This document shows positions 45,548-55,905 of a DNA stretch of 64,000 nucleotides, in pieces. The notes beneath the pieces were generated by a model. The model searched no databases and was not told the DNA's origin. It saw nothing but the letters and a program-made list of their open reading frames with translations. The translations under genes were made by a program, and so were the position numbers. Origin of the DNA: Candidatus Melainabacteria bacterium SSGW_16 (GTDB taxonomy: Bacteria; Cyanobacteriota; Vampirovibrionia; 2-02-FULL-35-15); NCBI GenBank assembly GCA_004769085.1, contig DUDS01000044.1:44670-108669 (forward strand). The letters are read 5' to 3'. Each line of letters starts with the position of its first letter. The stretch's first letter is position 1.

Positions 45548-46924
45548 ATGACAAGTGTTTTATTTGAACAAAAAGGCAACAAAAAAAAATTCGAACCGGT
45601 TATTATTGCTTTTTATTCAATAGTTCCCGGGGTAGGACAACTTTACAACGGAAAAACAACAAAGGGTATTCTTTTTTTATTTGCAACCTTAATAAGCCTT
45701 TCAATGCTCTTCGGCTCTATTCATCCTTCATCAACATTGGAATTCACATTGGTAATTCTTTCTATTCTGAAATTTCTCACAGGATTTATATTTAAGTTTA
45801 ACTTCAAGCCGTCTCCTGGTGCTGATTTCCTTATGGATTCAATAAGGTTCGGGGGCACATTTTCAACTCTTCTTATTTTCACAATTATAAGTTTCATAAT
45901 CTACAGCATGGTAGATGCTTATATGGATGCAGATAAAATGTTACAGGAACAGGAACGTGAATATGACTATAAAATTATCAGCACTGACTCCACAAAATTC
46001 CGATTCTCAGAATCCACTGCTAGTTCATATATTCTCCACTCAGTATTTTTTGGACTTTTATTTATCACAAGCTTGTTTCTTGTAATCCCGTCAAAAGATA
46101 AAGAGCAAATTACTGAGATTGAATTTATCCTGCCGCAGATTGAATCAAAGAAACCACCTCCACCAGAAACAAAAAGAAGATCGACTGTTCAGTCTGTAGA
46201 TCAGGGAAAACATATCCCTAACAAACCTGTCACTCCTTCGCAGCCATCAAGACCCGCAAATCCACCACCTGCTGTGCCCAGAGTAGTTCAGCAAATGGTT
46301 GCACTTCCCAAGCCAATTGCACCACCACAACCAAAAGCAGTTCCAAAACCAGTTCCAAAAATTGCAGACAGACCAGCACTTATTCAGTCTAAACCAGCCC
46401 CGATACAAAATATTGCACCTGAGTCTGCAACACAGCCTCAACCAGCAGCACCTGCACCAGAAGCACCATCTTCAGAATCATCTTCACCAGGAACTGTTAC
46501 TGCGGTGGCAATAATTCCAAAAGTACCTGGAGTTCCGGGCAGGGGAGGAATCGGAGAAGTAGGAAACCCTCCACCAAATGCAAGACCAAATGCACCAAGC
46601 AGCATTGCTGCAAAAAAAGATATTGATTTTGGTCCATATATGAATGAACTTCAGAGAAGGATCAAACGCGCATGGAAACCACCACGTGGCAATGAATCAA
46701 AAAGAGTTATTGTAACTTTTATGATAGGTAAAAATGGTGAGCTCTCAGGTTTGACAACTAAAGGTGGAAGTAATTTTCCATTAGCCGACAAAGCTGCATT
46801 ACTTGCTGTTCAGACCGCCGCACCTTTTGCAAGACTGCCTGAAGGAGCACCTCCATCAGTGGATATTGAATTTACATTTGACTATAATGTATTTGGTTCA
46901 GGTAGCAGTTACAGAAAATACTAA
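45548..46924 (+). CDS. tonB: TonB-family energy transducer with an additional N-terminal TM2-like membrane module.
   Basis: The C-terminal TonB domain is ...KRVIVTFMIGKNGELSGLTTKGGSNFPLADKAALLAVQTAAPFARLP. A long Pro-rich spacer precedes it. The N-terminal IIAFYSIVPGVGQLYNGKTTKGILFLFATL resembles the TM2-domain motif (G.HRFYLGK..GI.QL). Confidence 0.75.
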   Translation: MTSVLFEQKGNKKKFEPVIIAFYSIVPGVGQLYNGKTTKGILFLFATLISLSMLFGSIHPSSTLEFTLVILSILKFLTGFIFKFNFKPSPGADFLMDSIRFGGTFSTLLIFTIISFIIYSMVDAYMDADKMLQEQEREYDYKIISTDSTKFRFSESTASSYILHSVFFGLLFITSLFLVIPSKDKEQITEIEFILPQIESKKPPPPETKRRSTVQSVDQGKHIPNKPVTPSQPSRPANPPPAVPRVVQQMVALPKPIAPPQPKAVPKPVPKIADRPALIQSKPAPIQNIAPESATQPQPAAPAPEAPSSESSSPGTVTAVAIIPKVPGVPGRGGIGEVGNPPPNARPNAPSSIAAKKDIDFGPYMNELQRRIKRAWKPPRGNESKRVIVTFMIGKNGELSGLTTKGGSNFPLADKAALLAVQTAAPFARLPEGAPPSVDIEFTFDYNVFGSGSSYRKY

Positions 46925-47010
46925 GAGTAAAAAAGGAGAAAGACTAGTTATAAAATCAAAAGTATTAAGTCAGAATATGTTAAAGTTTTTTCGAGAGGAT
47001 TTAAGAATAC

Positions 47011-47694
47011 ATGGAAGCTACAACAGTTCACGGTAATAAGTTCCTTGAGTATTTTTTTGCATTCATGGTTCAGGACTGGTTTGCATTCTGGCCAATTACA
47101 ATTTGTTCAATACTTACAGTCGCTGTTGTCATTGAAAGATCTTTATATTACTCAAGAAACAAAAGAGACATCGCAACTTTTATCCAGAGACTACAAAGAG
47201 AACTTGAAAGAGGAAACCTGGAAGGAGCACAGTCATTATCAAGCCAGCTTGGGGGAGTAGTGGGAGAGATTGCAGAAGAGGGAGTAAGGCTTATTGCAGT
47301 TGAAAAAGAAGATTTTTCCAGAGCATTTGATATTACAGTAAATATAGTAAGCAGAAAACTTGAAAAATATCTTTCAATTCTAGGAACTATTGGTGCCACA
47401 GCTCCATTTCTTGGATTATTTGGTACTGTAGTTGGTGTTATTGTTACACTCCAGGTGCTGGGTGAAGCTGGAGGTCAGACACAGGAAGTAGTTATTGGAA
47501 TTGCAAAAGCATTAATTGCAACAGGGTATGGTCTTATCGTGGCAATCATTGCAGTTATTATGAACAATTACTACAACAACATTGCCAGAAGATTCGAAGA
47601 AGATTTTCAGCTCTTAAAACTTCTTTTCCTTAGTTTTTCAAATATTGCAAATCGTTCGCCCCAGGGCGGACCTCAGCCAGGTTACAAAAGATAG
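47011..47694 (+). CDS. exbB: MotA/TolQ/ExbB proton-channel family protein.
   Basis: Three TM helices with the conserved TIGATAPFLGLFGTVVGV segment. Confidence 0.85.
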   Translation: MEATTVHGNKFLEYFFAFMVQDWFAFWPITICSILTVAVVIERSLYYSRNKRDIATFIQRLQRELERGNLEGAQSLSSQLGGVVGEIAEEGVRLIAVEKEDFSRAFDITVNIVSRKLEKYLSILGTIGATAPFLGLFGTVVGVIVTLQVLGEAGGQTQEVVIGIAKALIATGYGLIVAIIAVIMNNYYNNIARRFEEDFQLLKLLFLSFSNIANRSPQGGPQPGYKR

Positions 47695-47711
47695 ATTCTA
47701 GGAGTACTTAA

Positions 47712-48167
47712 ATGGGATTATCAAGCGGGTCAGGTGGCAGACAGACTTTCAGTGAAATAAATATTACCCCTCTTACGGATGTCTTCCTTGTGTTGCTAAT
47801 TATTATGATATTAATTGCTCCTCTTATTAACCAAAGTTCATTAAAAGTTGAACCGCCTGTAGCACAGCATGGAAAATCAGAACAACAAAACAAAACAATT
47901 ACAGTAGAAGTAAGTAAAGAAGGTATAATCGCTGTAAATGGTCAGAAAGTTTCAGATCAAAATACACCAATAAACAGAATTCAAAATCTTGTAAGTGATG
48001 CATTAAAAAGAGAGTTTGATAAGTTTGGGACAAAAGATGTCCCAGTTGCAGTAAGAGCAGATCAGGAATCAAGACAAAAATACGTAGTCTCTGTTTTGGA
48101 TGCAGCAGCAGGTGTCGGGGTTAAAAAACTAAGAATAGTTACTTTACAGCACGATAGCAGATTTTAG
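47712..48167 (+). CDS. exbD: ExbD/TolR biopolymer transport protein.
   Basis: INITPLTDVFLVLLIIMIL N-terminal anchor motif. 151 aa. Confidence 0.85.
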   Translation: MGLSSGSGGRQTFSEINITPLTDVFLVLLIIMILIAPLINQSSLKVEPPVAQHGKSEQQNKTITVEVSKEGIIAVNGQKVSDQNTPINRIQNLVSDALKREFDKFGTKDVPVAVRADQESRQKYVVSVLDAAAGVGVKKLRIVTLQHDSRF

Positions 48168-48187
48168 TTCTATATTTATAACCAGAT

Positions 48188-48457
48188 TTAGTCTTTCAAT
48201 GGCAGCACAGTTAATTCTTTTATTTTTCCAACATGTTCCATAAATCTGATGGCTTCCTGTCTTGCTCTAAGCTTTTCCTCTTCAGTCATCTTGCCAAGAT
48301 CAATATTGATTCTTATTCCATCTGGATTTTCTGCTTTAGGTGGATTTATAAATTTGTCATTAACAAAACTTCCACCCCACAAGACAAATACACTGGCAAG
48401 AGCCCAGTCTTTAATTTCCTTAGCAATGGTATATTTTGATACTTTATTTACTGTCAT
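48188..48457 (-). CDS. Hypothetical small protein (89 aa).
   Basis: ORF only. Convergent with exbD. Confidence 0.4.
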   Translation of the reverse strand: MTVNKVSKYTIAKEIKDWALASVFVLWGGSFVNDKFINPPKAENPDGIRINIDLGKMTEEEKLRARQEAIRFMEHVGKIKELTVLPLKD

Positions 48458-48653
48458 TTTTTTACATCCCTATTTTCAATTAACTGCTAATACTAAAAAT
48501 ATATGCAAACACAAATGATGGAATAACAACCGCTGGTCCTATCCTGAACACTCCTATATTGAACTATTGATTCACATTATATGACATATAAGAACTAAAT
48601 CTCAATATTTCATATCTTAACCTACACAAAGTTATGAGAAAATAGAAAGCTGA

Positions 48654-49775
48654 ATGACAAAAATCAAAGAAATAATCATAATCAAAATTGGTACAACAAC
48701 CCTGACACCAACAGATTCTGACAAGGGTATAAACACATCTGTTATTGAAAACCTATCTGACGTCATCTCCAGACTAAGAAAACAGGGTAATAAACTAATT
48801 CTTGTCACATCAGGTGCAGTAGCACTTGGTGTAAAAAAATTAAATCTTTCAAAAAAACCAAACACAATATTGGGAAAACAAGCTGCCGCTGCAATTGGTC
48901 AGGCACTTTTAATGCAGACTTATGAAAAATATTTCTCAGGACTGGGTATTCCTATAGCTCAGATTCTTCTGACAAGAGAAGGATTTGTACAAAGAGAAAC
49001 CTACATAAATGCCAGAGAAACAATACTGGAGCTTCTGGATATGGATGTGCTGCCAATAATAAATGAAAATGATGCTGTTGCAAGCGAAGAAATCAGATTT
49101 GGTGATAATGACATGCTTAGTGCAATGGTAAGTGATTTAATCTCCGCAGACAGACTTATAATTCTCACAGACGAAGAAGGCTTATATGACAGCAATCCAA
49201 AGGAAAACAAAAACGCAAAATTAATACAAACTATAGAAAAAATTACTCCTGAGATTGAAAAAATGGCTTCCGGTACAGGAAGCAGATTCAGCAGCGGTGG
49301 AATGGCTTCAAAAATCCAGGCTGCAAAACTTGCAACTTCAGTCGGGATAAAAACACATATTATTCATGGCAAAAAAGTTGAGTTAATCCCTGAGCTTACT
49401 GACGGCAAACAAATCGGAACTGTTTTCCTCGCGCATTCAACAAAAGCTGAAAAAAGAAAAAGTTGGATTACACACAGTCTGGTATCTTCAGGAAAAGTAA
49501 TTGTAGATGCTGGTGCAAAAAATGCAATATTAAATACAGGAAAAAGTCTTTTACCTGCAGGAATAAAAAAAATAACAGGAGATTTTCAAAGGGGTTCTGC
49601 AATCGATGTTCTAAATACTGACGAAAACCAACCTTTTGCAAAAGGAATTACAAATTACGGAAGTTCAGAACTGGAAAGAATAAAAGGTTTAAAGAGCAAT
49701 GATATAGAAAAAGTGCTTGGTTATACCTATGGAGAAACAGTCATTCACAGAGATGATCTGGTGCTTTTAATTTAG
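48654..49775 (+). CDS. proB: Glutamate 5-kinase with a C-terminal PUA domain.
   Basis: IIIKIGTTTLT, the amino-acid-kinase fold (VTSGAVALG, NENDAV), and the C-terminal PUA region (GKVIVDAGAKNAI...). Confidence 0.9.
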   Translation: MTKIKEIIIIKIGTTTLTPTDSDKGINTSVIENLSDVISRLRKQGNKLILVTSGAVALGVKKLNLSKKPNTILGKQAAAAIGQALLMQTYEKYFSGLGIPIAQILLTREGFVQRETYINARETILELLDMDVLPIINENDAVASEEIRFGDNDMLSAMVSDLISADRLIILTDEEGLYDSNPKENKNAKLIQTIEKITPEIEKMASGTGSRFSSGGMASKIQAAKLATSVGIKTHIIHGKKVELIPELTDGKQIGTVFLAHSTKAEKRKSWITHSLVSSGKVIVDAGAKNAILNTGKSLLPAGIKKITGDFQRGSAIDVLNTDENQPFAKGITNYGSSELERIKGLKSNDIEKVLGYTYGETVIHRDDLVLLI

Positions 49776-49788
49776 TTAAGTTTTAAAA

Positions 49789-50553
49789 ATGAAACCTACA
49801 TCAACAAAAGAATTAGAATTATATCCGGAGAAACCTCTACAGAACACTGAAAATGCTCATTCTATGCCGCTTGGAGAACATTTAAATGAATTAAGGAATA
49901 GAATAATAATCTGCAGCATATCTATAATGTTAGGGATTGCAATAGGATTCTTATTTAGCAGGCAATTTATTTATGCATTAACCAGCATTGCTCCAAGTGA
50001 TACATTGTTTTTTCAGATTAAACCTGGTGAATTCTTTTTTACATGCTTCAGGGTAGCAACATTTCTGGGTATCTTATTGTCTTCTCCTGTTCTCCTCTGG
50101 CAACTTGGAACATTTATATTACCTGGATTAACTTTAAAAGAAAAAAAGATTGCAATTCCTATACTTGTTGGTTCACCTATTTTATTCCTTATTGGCTCTG
50201 TTTTTGCTTATTGTTTTGTTGTTAATTCAATGCTTGATTTTCTTTTTGGTTTTGGAAAAGATGTAATATCAACAAGCATCAGTATTGAAAATTACACATC
50301 TTTTGTATTGCTTGTCATGGCAATATGTGGATTTACATTTTTGCTTCCAATAATTATCCTTACGCTTAGTGGTGTTGGTATAGTTAACTCCTCCATGCTG
50401 ATGAATAAATGGAGATATGCTATTTTTCTCAGTGTTGTTCTTGGTGCAGTACTTACACCCACTCCTGATCCTTTTAATATGAGTATTGTCAGTGGTATAC
50501 TAATTGCATTGTATTTTTTAAGTGTTTTAATTTTAAGAATAATAAATAAGTAA
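49789..50553 (+). CDS. tatC: Sec-independent (twin-arginine) translocase subunit TatC.
   Basis: Six TM helices. The conserved MPLGEHLNELRNRII N-terminus is typical of TatC. Confidence 0.85.
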   Translation: MKPTSTKELELYPEKPLQNTENAHSMPLGEHLNELRNRIIICSISIMLGIAIGFLFSRQFIYALTSIAPSDTLFFQIKPGEFFFTCFRVATFLGILLSSPVLLWQLGTFILPGLTLKEKKIAIPILVGSPILFLIGSVFAYCFVVNSMLDFLFGFGKDVISTSISIENYTSFVLLVMAICGFTFLLPIIILTLSGVGIVNSSMLMNKWRYAIFLSVVLGAVLTPTPDPFNMSIVSGILIALYFLSVLILRIINK

Positions 50554-50563
50554 AGGTAAAAAT

Positions 50564-51325
50564 TTGGGTTTTAATGGAGTTAGTCGAAGAGGATTTCTTA
50601 GCTCAACTGGAGGTTTTTTTGTTTTACCTGTTCTTAACAGGCTGAGCACTGTTGCTGCAATTGCAGGAGGAACTTTAGGCGTATCTGGGCAAGTTCAGAT
50701 CACTACACCTCTTGCAAAACAACTTGTTGCATGCATAGGAAGTGCTACTCCTGCCTTCAGATTTCCTACCACAAGTGTAGATCAATGGAGAATTATTATT
50801 TTTAATGAAATGACTGATAGAGCCTATACTGATCTTTCAAGAAATATTCCTCCTAATCTGCAACAATATCCAAAACCATATGTAGAAACGACTTTAAGAG
50901 AACAGGTTGAAAAGCAAGTACAGGCAAGGCTAGGGGATCCAGATGTTATTTTAACAAGTGATATGCCTGAACAGGTAGCTCAGAGAACTGTAAGCACTGT
51001 AAACAGAGACATAACCACAAACTGGACCAGAGTAGAATCTGATGTTAGAAAAAGAATTGAAACTGATGTAAAAGCAAAACAGGAGGAAAGGCGAAAGGAT
51101 GCCTTACTAAGAAAAGTAACTGAACGTGATCAGATTGCAAGAGCTTGTTTTTTTGCAAGAGAACAGCTTGTTCATTCTGAAGTTAGCGGAAATACCCTTG
51201 AAAGGATATTTGATTCCCTCCCAATAGAATTACCCTCTTATGCAAGGAAATGGACAGTAAATCAACTCTATGAAAGTGCAAGAAAAATGGGGATTATTGG
51301 TTCTTCATTAATCAGGGAGATTTAG
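50564..51325 (+). CDS. Hypothetical protein with a twin-arginine-like N-terminus (SRRGFLSS), immediately after tatC.
   Basis: MGFNGVSRRGFLSSTGGFFVLPV matches the S/T-R-R-x-F-L-K consensus followed by a hydrophobic stretch. The gene is locally GC-rich. Confidence 0.5.
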   Translation: MGFNGVSRRGFLSSTGGFFVLPVLNRLSTVAAIAGGTLGVSGQVQITTPLAKQLVACIGSATPAFRFPTTSVDQWRIIIFNEMTDRAYTDLSRNIPPNLQQYPKPYVETTLREQVEKQVQARLGDPDVILTSDMPEQVAQRTVSTVNRDITTNWTRVESDVRKRIETDVKAKQEERRKDALLRKVTERDQIARACFFAREQLVHSEVSGNTLERIFDSLPIELPSYARKWTVNQLYESARKMGIIGSSLIREI

Positions 51326-52130
51326 TCATAAGAAGTTTTTTTGTAGCATTTTCAATATTTTCTTCTCTCATTAAGCTCTCACCCACTAAAAACGTAAAAA
51401 CATTGTATTCAACTAATGATTTAATATCGTCATTTGTAAATATTCCTGATTCACTTACTACAATTTTATTCTGAAGATCACGTTTATATTTTGCAACAAG
51501 GTTTTTTGTTGTGTTTAAATCTGTTTCAAAGGTTTTTAAATTCCGATTATTAATGCCCAGTAGGGACAAGTCTCTATGGACTTCTATGACATCTAATGCT
51601 GTCTCCATTTCTTTCTCATTATGAATTTCAATCAATGTGTTAATTTCATTTTCACATGACATTTCAAATAACCTTTTCAACATATCTTTTTCTAATGCAC
51701 TTACAATAAGCAAAATACAATCTGCCTGATTATAAACAGATTCATATATCTGATAAGGATCAATAATAAAATCTTTTCGTAAGACAGGAAGATTTACTTC
51801 TTTTTTAATTTCACTGATAAATTGTAAATTTCCCTTAAAATATTTTTCATCAGTTAAAACAGAAAGGCAGCTTGCACCACCTTTTTTATAAGATCTGGCA
51901 ATTTCTATATGATTAAAATTCTCCCGTATAATACCTTTTGATGGAGAAGCTTTTTTTACTTCTGCAATTAATGCAATTTGTTTTTTGTCAGCTTTTAATT
52001 TGATTGTTTTTACAAACTGATTTTCTGCATAGCTTCTTTTAGCTTTCTTTAGTTTTTCAAGAGGTAGCTTGTCTTTGTTCTTTTCTACTTCAAGTCTTTT
52101 ATAAGAAACAATTTCTTCAAGAATATCCAT
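51312..52130 (-). CDS. trpC: Indole-3-glycerol-phosphate synthase.
   Basis: LIAEVKKASPSKG, LSVLTDEKYF and the C-terminal GESLM motifs. No other trp genes are nearby. Confidence 0.85.
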   Translation of the reverse strand: MDILEEIVSYKRLEVEKNKDKLPLEKLKKAKRSYAENQFVKTIKLKADKKQIALIAEVKKASPSKGIIRENFNHIEIARSYKKGGASCLSVLTDEKYFKGNLQFISEIKKEVNLPVLRKDFIIDPYQIYESVYNQADCILLIVSALEKDMLKRLFEMSCENEINTLIEIHNEKEMETALDVIEVHRDLSLLGINNRNLKTFETDLNTTKNLVAKYKRDLQNKIVVSESGIFTNDDIKSLVEYNVFTFLVGESLMREENIENATKKLLMTKSP

Positions 52131-52137
52131 TTCATTT

Positions 52138-53310
52138 TTATGTTTTTACTTTTTCTTTCATACTCTCAATAAGTATCTTTGCAATTTCAGGTCTTGTAAA
52201 CTCTTCAGGAAGAATCTGACCTGCTTTAAGCATTTCCCTTACCTTTGTACCACTTAATATAAGATGTTCAGATGAATCATGCGGACACGTTTTATAAGAT
52301 GCCATTGAATTACATGCTCTGCAATAAAAGCTGTGTTCAAAGAAAATAGGTGTTATCCCAATCTCTTCAGGCTTAAATTCATCAAATATCTTCTGGGCAT
52401 CATAAGTACCATAATAATTGCCCACTCCGGCATGATCCCTCCCTACAATAAAATGTGTGCAGCCATAATTCTTCCTGATGATTGCATGAAGAATTGCTTC
52501 TTTTGGACCTGCATATCTCATGCTGGCTGGCATCACCACAAGCATAGTCCTGTTTTTAGGAAAATATTTATCAAGTATTTCCCTGTAACATTTCATTCTA
52601 ATATCAGCAGGGATGTCATCATCTTTTGTTTCACCCATTGTAGGATGCAGTAAAAGCCCATCAACTGTTTCAAGCGCAACTTTTAAAAGATATTCATGTG
52701 CTCTGTGAACAGGATTTCTGGTCTGAAATGCAACTATTCTTTTCCAGCCTTTTTCTTTAAAAGCTTTTCTTGTACCTTCACAGCCAGTGTTATACTCAGT
52801 GAACTCATCATATGTATGTTTTAAAACTTTTACTTCTCCAGCTATACAATAATTCCCCGATTCAAACAGATACTTTACCCCAGGGTGTTTTAGTTCATTT
52901 GTTTTAAATACTGAGAGTGCTTCTTTTTCAAGGTCAGCCTTATATATTTCAGTAATTGACAGTACAGCAACAGACTCTCCTTTTTCATTTTTAAGCACAA
53001 TTTTATTTTTATTTTTAATGTTATTGTAAGTTTCTTCATTTACCTGTAAGGTAATTGGCACAGGCCATATAAGCCCGCTAGAAAGTCTCATGCTTTCAAG
53101 TATTGATTTGTAATCCTTTTCACCAGTAAATCCTTTTAAAGGACTGAATGCACCAATTGCAAGCATTTCTAAATCACAAAGAACCCTTTTTGTAACAGTA
53201 ATGCTGGTTAATTTGTTTGCTTCCTGGGATAACCCGTCTAAATTATCAGAAAAACAATTAATTAAAGTACCGCCATGGGGAGAAATGGAACATTTATTGT
53301 TAGACATCAT
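52138..53310 (-). CDS. sat: Sulfate adenylyltransferase (ATP sulfurylase, monofunctional).
   Basis: VAFQTRNPVHRAHEYL (QTRNPxHRAH) and GRDHAGVG motifs. 390 aa, with no fused APS-kinase domain. Confidence 0.85.
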   Translation of the reverse strand: MMSNNKCSISPHGGTLINCFSDNLDGLSQEANKLTSITVTKRVLCDLEMLAIGAFSPLKGFTGEKDYKSILESMRLSSGLIWPVPITLQVNEETYNNIKNKNKIVLKNEKGESVAVLSITEIYKADLEKEALSVFKTNELKHPGVKYLFESGNYCIAGEVKVLKHTYDEFTEYNTGCEGTRKAFKEKGWKRIVAFQTRNPVHRAHEYLLKVALETVDGLLLHPTMGETKDDDIPADIRMKCYREILDKYFPKNRTMLVVMPASMRYAGPKEAILHAIIRKNYGCTHFIVGRDHAGVGNYYGTYDAQKIFDEFKPEEIGITPIFFEHSFYCRACNSMASYKTCPHDSSEHLILSGTKVREMLKAGQILPEEFTRPEIAKILIESMKEKVKT

Positions 53311-53373
53311 AATTTAATTGCTCTAGAATCAAGAAAAGACCAAATAATTCTAGCATTTATTAGTAAGTCCTAG

Positions 53374-53503
53374 CGAGGATTTTCTGACTTGAAAATCCTC
53401 GCATCGTAAAGTAATGTAGAGAAATAGCTGAGGAGTCATCGTAGTTCCTTATAAAATATAACCAACGAAGATGCGACGAAGCGTAAAAAAAAATTATGTC
53501 TAA
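53374..53503 (+). promoter_or_regulatory. GC-rich structured 5' leader of the Mce/MlaD gene, with a 10-codon overlapping mini-ORF.
   Basis: Perfect hairpin CGAGGAUUUUC-UGACUUG-AAAAUCCUCG (53374-53401). A GAUGCGACGAAGCG motif. The mini-ORF ATGCGACGAAGCGTAAAAAAAAATTATGTCTAA (53471-53503) ends 5 nt past the main ATG. Confidence 0.45.
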
Positions 53504-54785
53504 ACAGGAAGATCTTACAAAAGTATCTATAATAACTCTCATTGCATTGTCTATATTTATATTTAGTCTCTTCTGGCTAAAAGGTTATAAGCTTCAGAAC
53601 CTTCAAAAAATACATCTTTATTTTGAGGATGTAAGTGGGCTTGAAGAAGGTGCAATAGTCAGATGGAGCGGCTTAAGGATTGGGGTTGTTGAAAGTATAA
53701 AACCTATCCTGAAAACTAACATTAGCATAACAAATCAAATAAATGAGCTTTTTGAAAAAGGAAACAGTGAGCTTAAAAAAGCAGATGAATTAAAACAAAA
53801 ACTTGATAAAACAAAAGATCCAAAAGAAGCAGAAAAATTAAAAAGTGAAATTTCCATATTAAAAGATGGAGCAGAAGTACATATCAAGCAGGGATTAGCT
53901 TACCAGCAACAGAAGCTTAAAGAAAGCAGAAATCATGTTGAAATAACCATTGTGATTACAAAAAAAGATGTTCCATTTGGTCCTCTATCTGAGGTAAGTA
54001 TAGTTACTTCAGGATTAATCGGAGAGCATTATGTAGAAATAGTTCCGACAATTACAAGAAAAGCAATTGATAGTGATTTCAAACCTGTTTTTATAACACG
54101 TGAGCCTATTCGTTTTGAAAGATTCCTCAGAGCTAATATAGAATCTGCCGAAGCATTCAGGGAAGCAATTCAAAAAGTAAATAAACTCCTGCAGGATGAA
54201 GATGTTGAACTTTTAATTGCAACAATTCAGGATGTAAGAGAAGTAGTTAAAAGTGTAAATGGCCTCGTTGATAATGCAAGTACGCTTTTAAGCAGCACCA
54301 GTGAAAGACTAGAACAATTAGCTACCAGTTCAAATCTCTTATCCTCCAGTGTTGTACAGGTTGGTGAAAATATAAATAAAATTATTGGAGATGAACAGGT
54401 AAGAAAAGACTTAAAAACAACTACCTCATCTCTAAGCACAATTACAACCCAGGTAGCAAAAATCCTTGATGAAGAAGGGTTAGCAAAAGATGTTCTTCAG
54501 ATTGGTCAGACAGCTAATGAAACCTCAAAAGAACTTTCAAATTTTATAAAAGATCTAAGACAAACACAGGAAGAGCTTGAACTCCCAAAGACAGTATCAA
54601 ATTTAAATTCGCTTTCTGAAAAGCTGGACAAATTAACCGGTGAGTTAAATGGGATTGTTGCAGATAAAGAATTTAAGGACAACATTAAAGTTACAGTAGA
54701 AAAAGCAAGAGAAACGAGTGAAAATCTTCAAAAGCTTACCAAAAAATTTAATAAGCGGTTTCTTTTATTCAGACTGCTTTTTTAA
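53496..54785 (+). CDS. MlaD/Mce-family protein with a long C-terminal coiled-coil.
   Basis: N-terminal TM anchor. The MCE domain is QKIHLYFEDVSGLEEGAIVRWSGLRIGVVESI. The C-terminal about 250 aa are heptad-rich. Confidence 0.7.
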   Translation: MSKQEDLTKVSIITLIALSIFIFSLFWLKGYKLQNLQKIHLYFEDVSGLEEGAIVRWSGLRIGVVESIKPILKTNISITNQINELFEKGNSELKKADELKQKLDKTKDPKEAEKLKSEISILKDGAEVHIKQGLAYQQQKLKESRNHVEITIVITKKDVPFGPLSEVSIVTSGLIGEHYVEIVPTITRKAIDSDFKPVFITREPIRFERFLRANIESAEAFREAIQKVNKLLQDEDVELLIATIQDVREVVKSVNGLVDNASTLLSSTSERLEQLATSSNLLSSSVVQVGENINKIIGDEQVRKDLKTTTSSLSTITTQVAKILDEEGLAKDVLQIGQTANETSKELSNFIKDLRQTQEELELPKTVSNLNSLSEKLDKLTGELNGIVADKEFKDNIKVTVEKARETSENLQKLTKKFNKRFLLFRLLF

Positions 54786-54951
54786 TTTAAAAATTATCAG
54801 TAAATACATTTAGTGTTATCATTGTCTTAAGAATTTCAAAATATAATAAAACAAGGTATAAAAAGCATCTAATTCCTTAATTAAAAATTAAATTGTTAAT
54901 CTGAAGGCTATGTTTTAGGAATAATCAGCTTAGAAGGCAGTTTATTTAGTT

Positions 54952-55905
54952 ATGAAGACAAGTTTTAAAAAACCAAAAAAAGAAATAAATGAATTTTATT
55001 CAAATCCATTCTGTGATATTGAAATTCAGGCAGAAAATTTTGAAGGTAATGAAAACAAAAAACAGCCTTATATAGAAGATACTGATTCAATAAAACTCTA
55101 TCTAAAGCAATTAAGCTCAATATCTCTGCTATCACAAGAAGAAGAAATTAAGCTTGCAAAAAAAGTAAGAAAAGGTGATCTGAACGCAAAAAGAGAACTT
55201 GTGAAAAGGAATCTCAGGCTAGTTGTATCAATTGCAAAAAGATACATGAACCATGGTCTTTCTTTTCTGGATCTGATTCAGGAAGGGAATCTTGGGTTAA
55301 TAAAAGGGGCTGAAAAATTTGATCCGACCAAAGGATTTAAATTCTCTACTTATGCTACATGGTGGATCAGGCAGGCAATAACCAGGGCACTAGCAGATAA
55401 ATCAAGGACAATTAGAGTACCTGTGCATGTTTCTGAATATATAAACAAACTTAAAAAAGCTGTCAGAGTTATTTCCCAGGCAATAGGCAGAGAGCCAAAA
55501 GAAGAAGAAATTGCACAATACCTCGACACAAATATTGAAGAACTGCAGAATATGATTAATGCAACCAGGATACCAGTGTCAACAGACTCACTAATAGGAA
55601 CTGATGAAACATTTGAACTACAGGAAGTAATAGAAGACAAATTTATAAACAGCACGTATGATGAAATGACAACTAAAGATCTGAAATTTAAAATTGAAGA
55701 CACTCTTGCCCATCTTAATAAGAATGAAAAAGACGTTATTGAATTAAGATATGGACTAAATGATGGCGCAAAATATACTTTAAGAGAGGTAGGAGAATCT
55801 CTGGGAATAAGTTATGGCAGAGCAAGGCAACTTCAGGCAAGTGCTCTTAAAAAACTAAGAAACAAAGAAATCACAACTACTTTAGAACCTTATCTATATA
55901 ATTAA
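54952..55905 (+). CDS. Sigma-70-family RNA polymerase sigma factor (compact RpoD-like, regions 1.2-4).
   Basis: Region 2 [57 protein letters not shown]. Region 4 [28 protein letters not shown]. Confidence 0.85.
   Translation: MKTSFKKPKKEINEFYSNPFCDIEIQAENFEGNENKKQPYIEDTDSIKLYLKQLSSISLLSQEEEIKLAKKVRKGDLNAKRELVKRNLRLVVSIAKRYMNHGLSFLDLIQEGNLGLIKGAEKFDPTKGFKFSTYATWWIRQAITRALADKSRTIRVPVHVSEYINKLKKAVRVISQAIGREPKEEEIAQYLDTNIEELQNMINATRIPVSTDSLIGTDETFELQEVIEDKFINSTYDEMTTKDLKFKIEDTLAHLNKNEKDVIELRYGLNDGAKYTLREVGESLGISYGRARQLQASALKKLRNKEITTTLEPYLYN

Noticed and set aside
53360-53542. A 60-aa minus-strand ORF upstream of the Mce gene.
   Set aside because: It overlaps the structured leader hairpin and the Mce start. 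There is no RBS. It is a likely chance ORF in a GC island.
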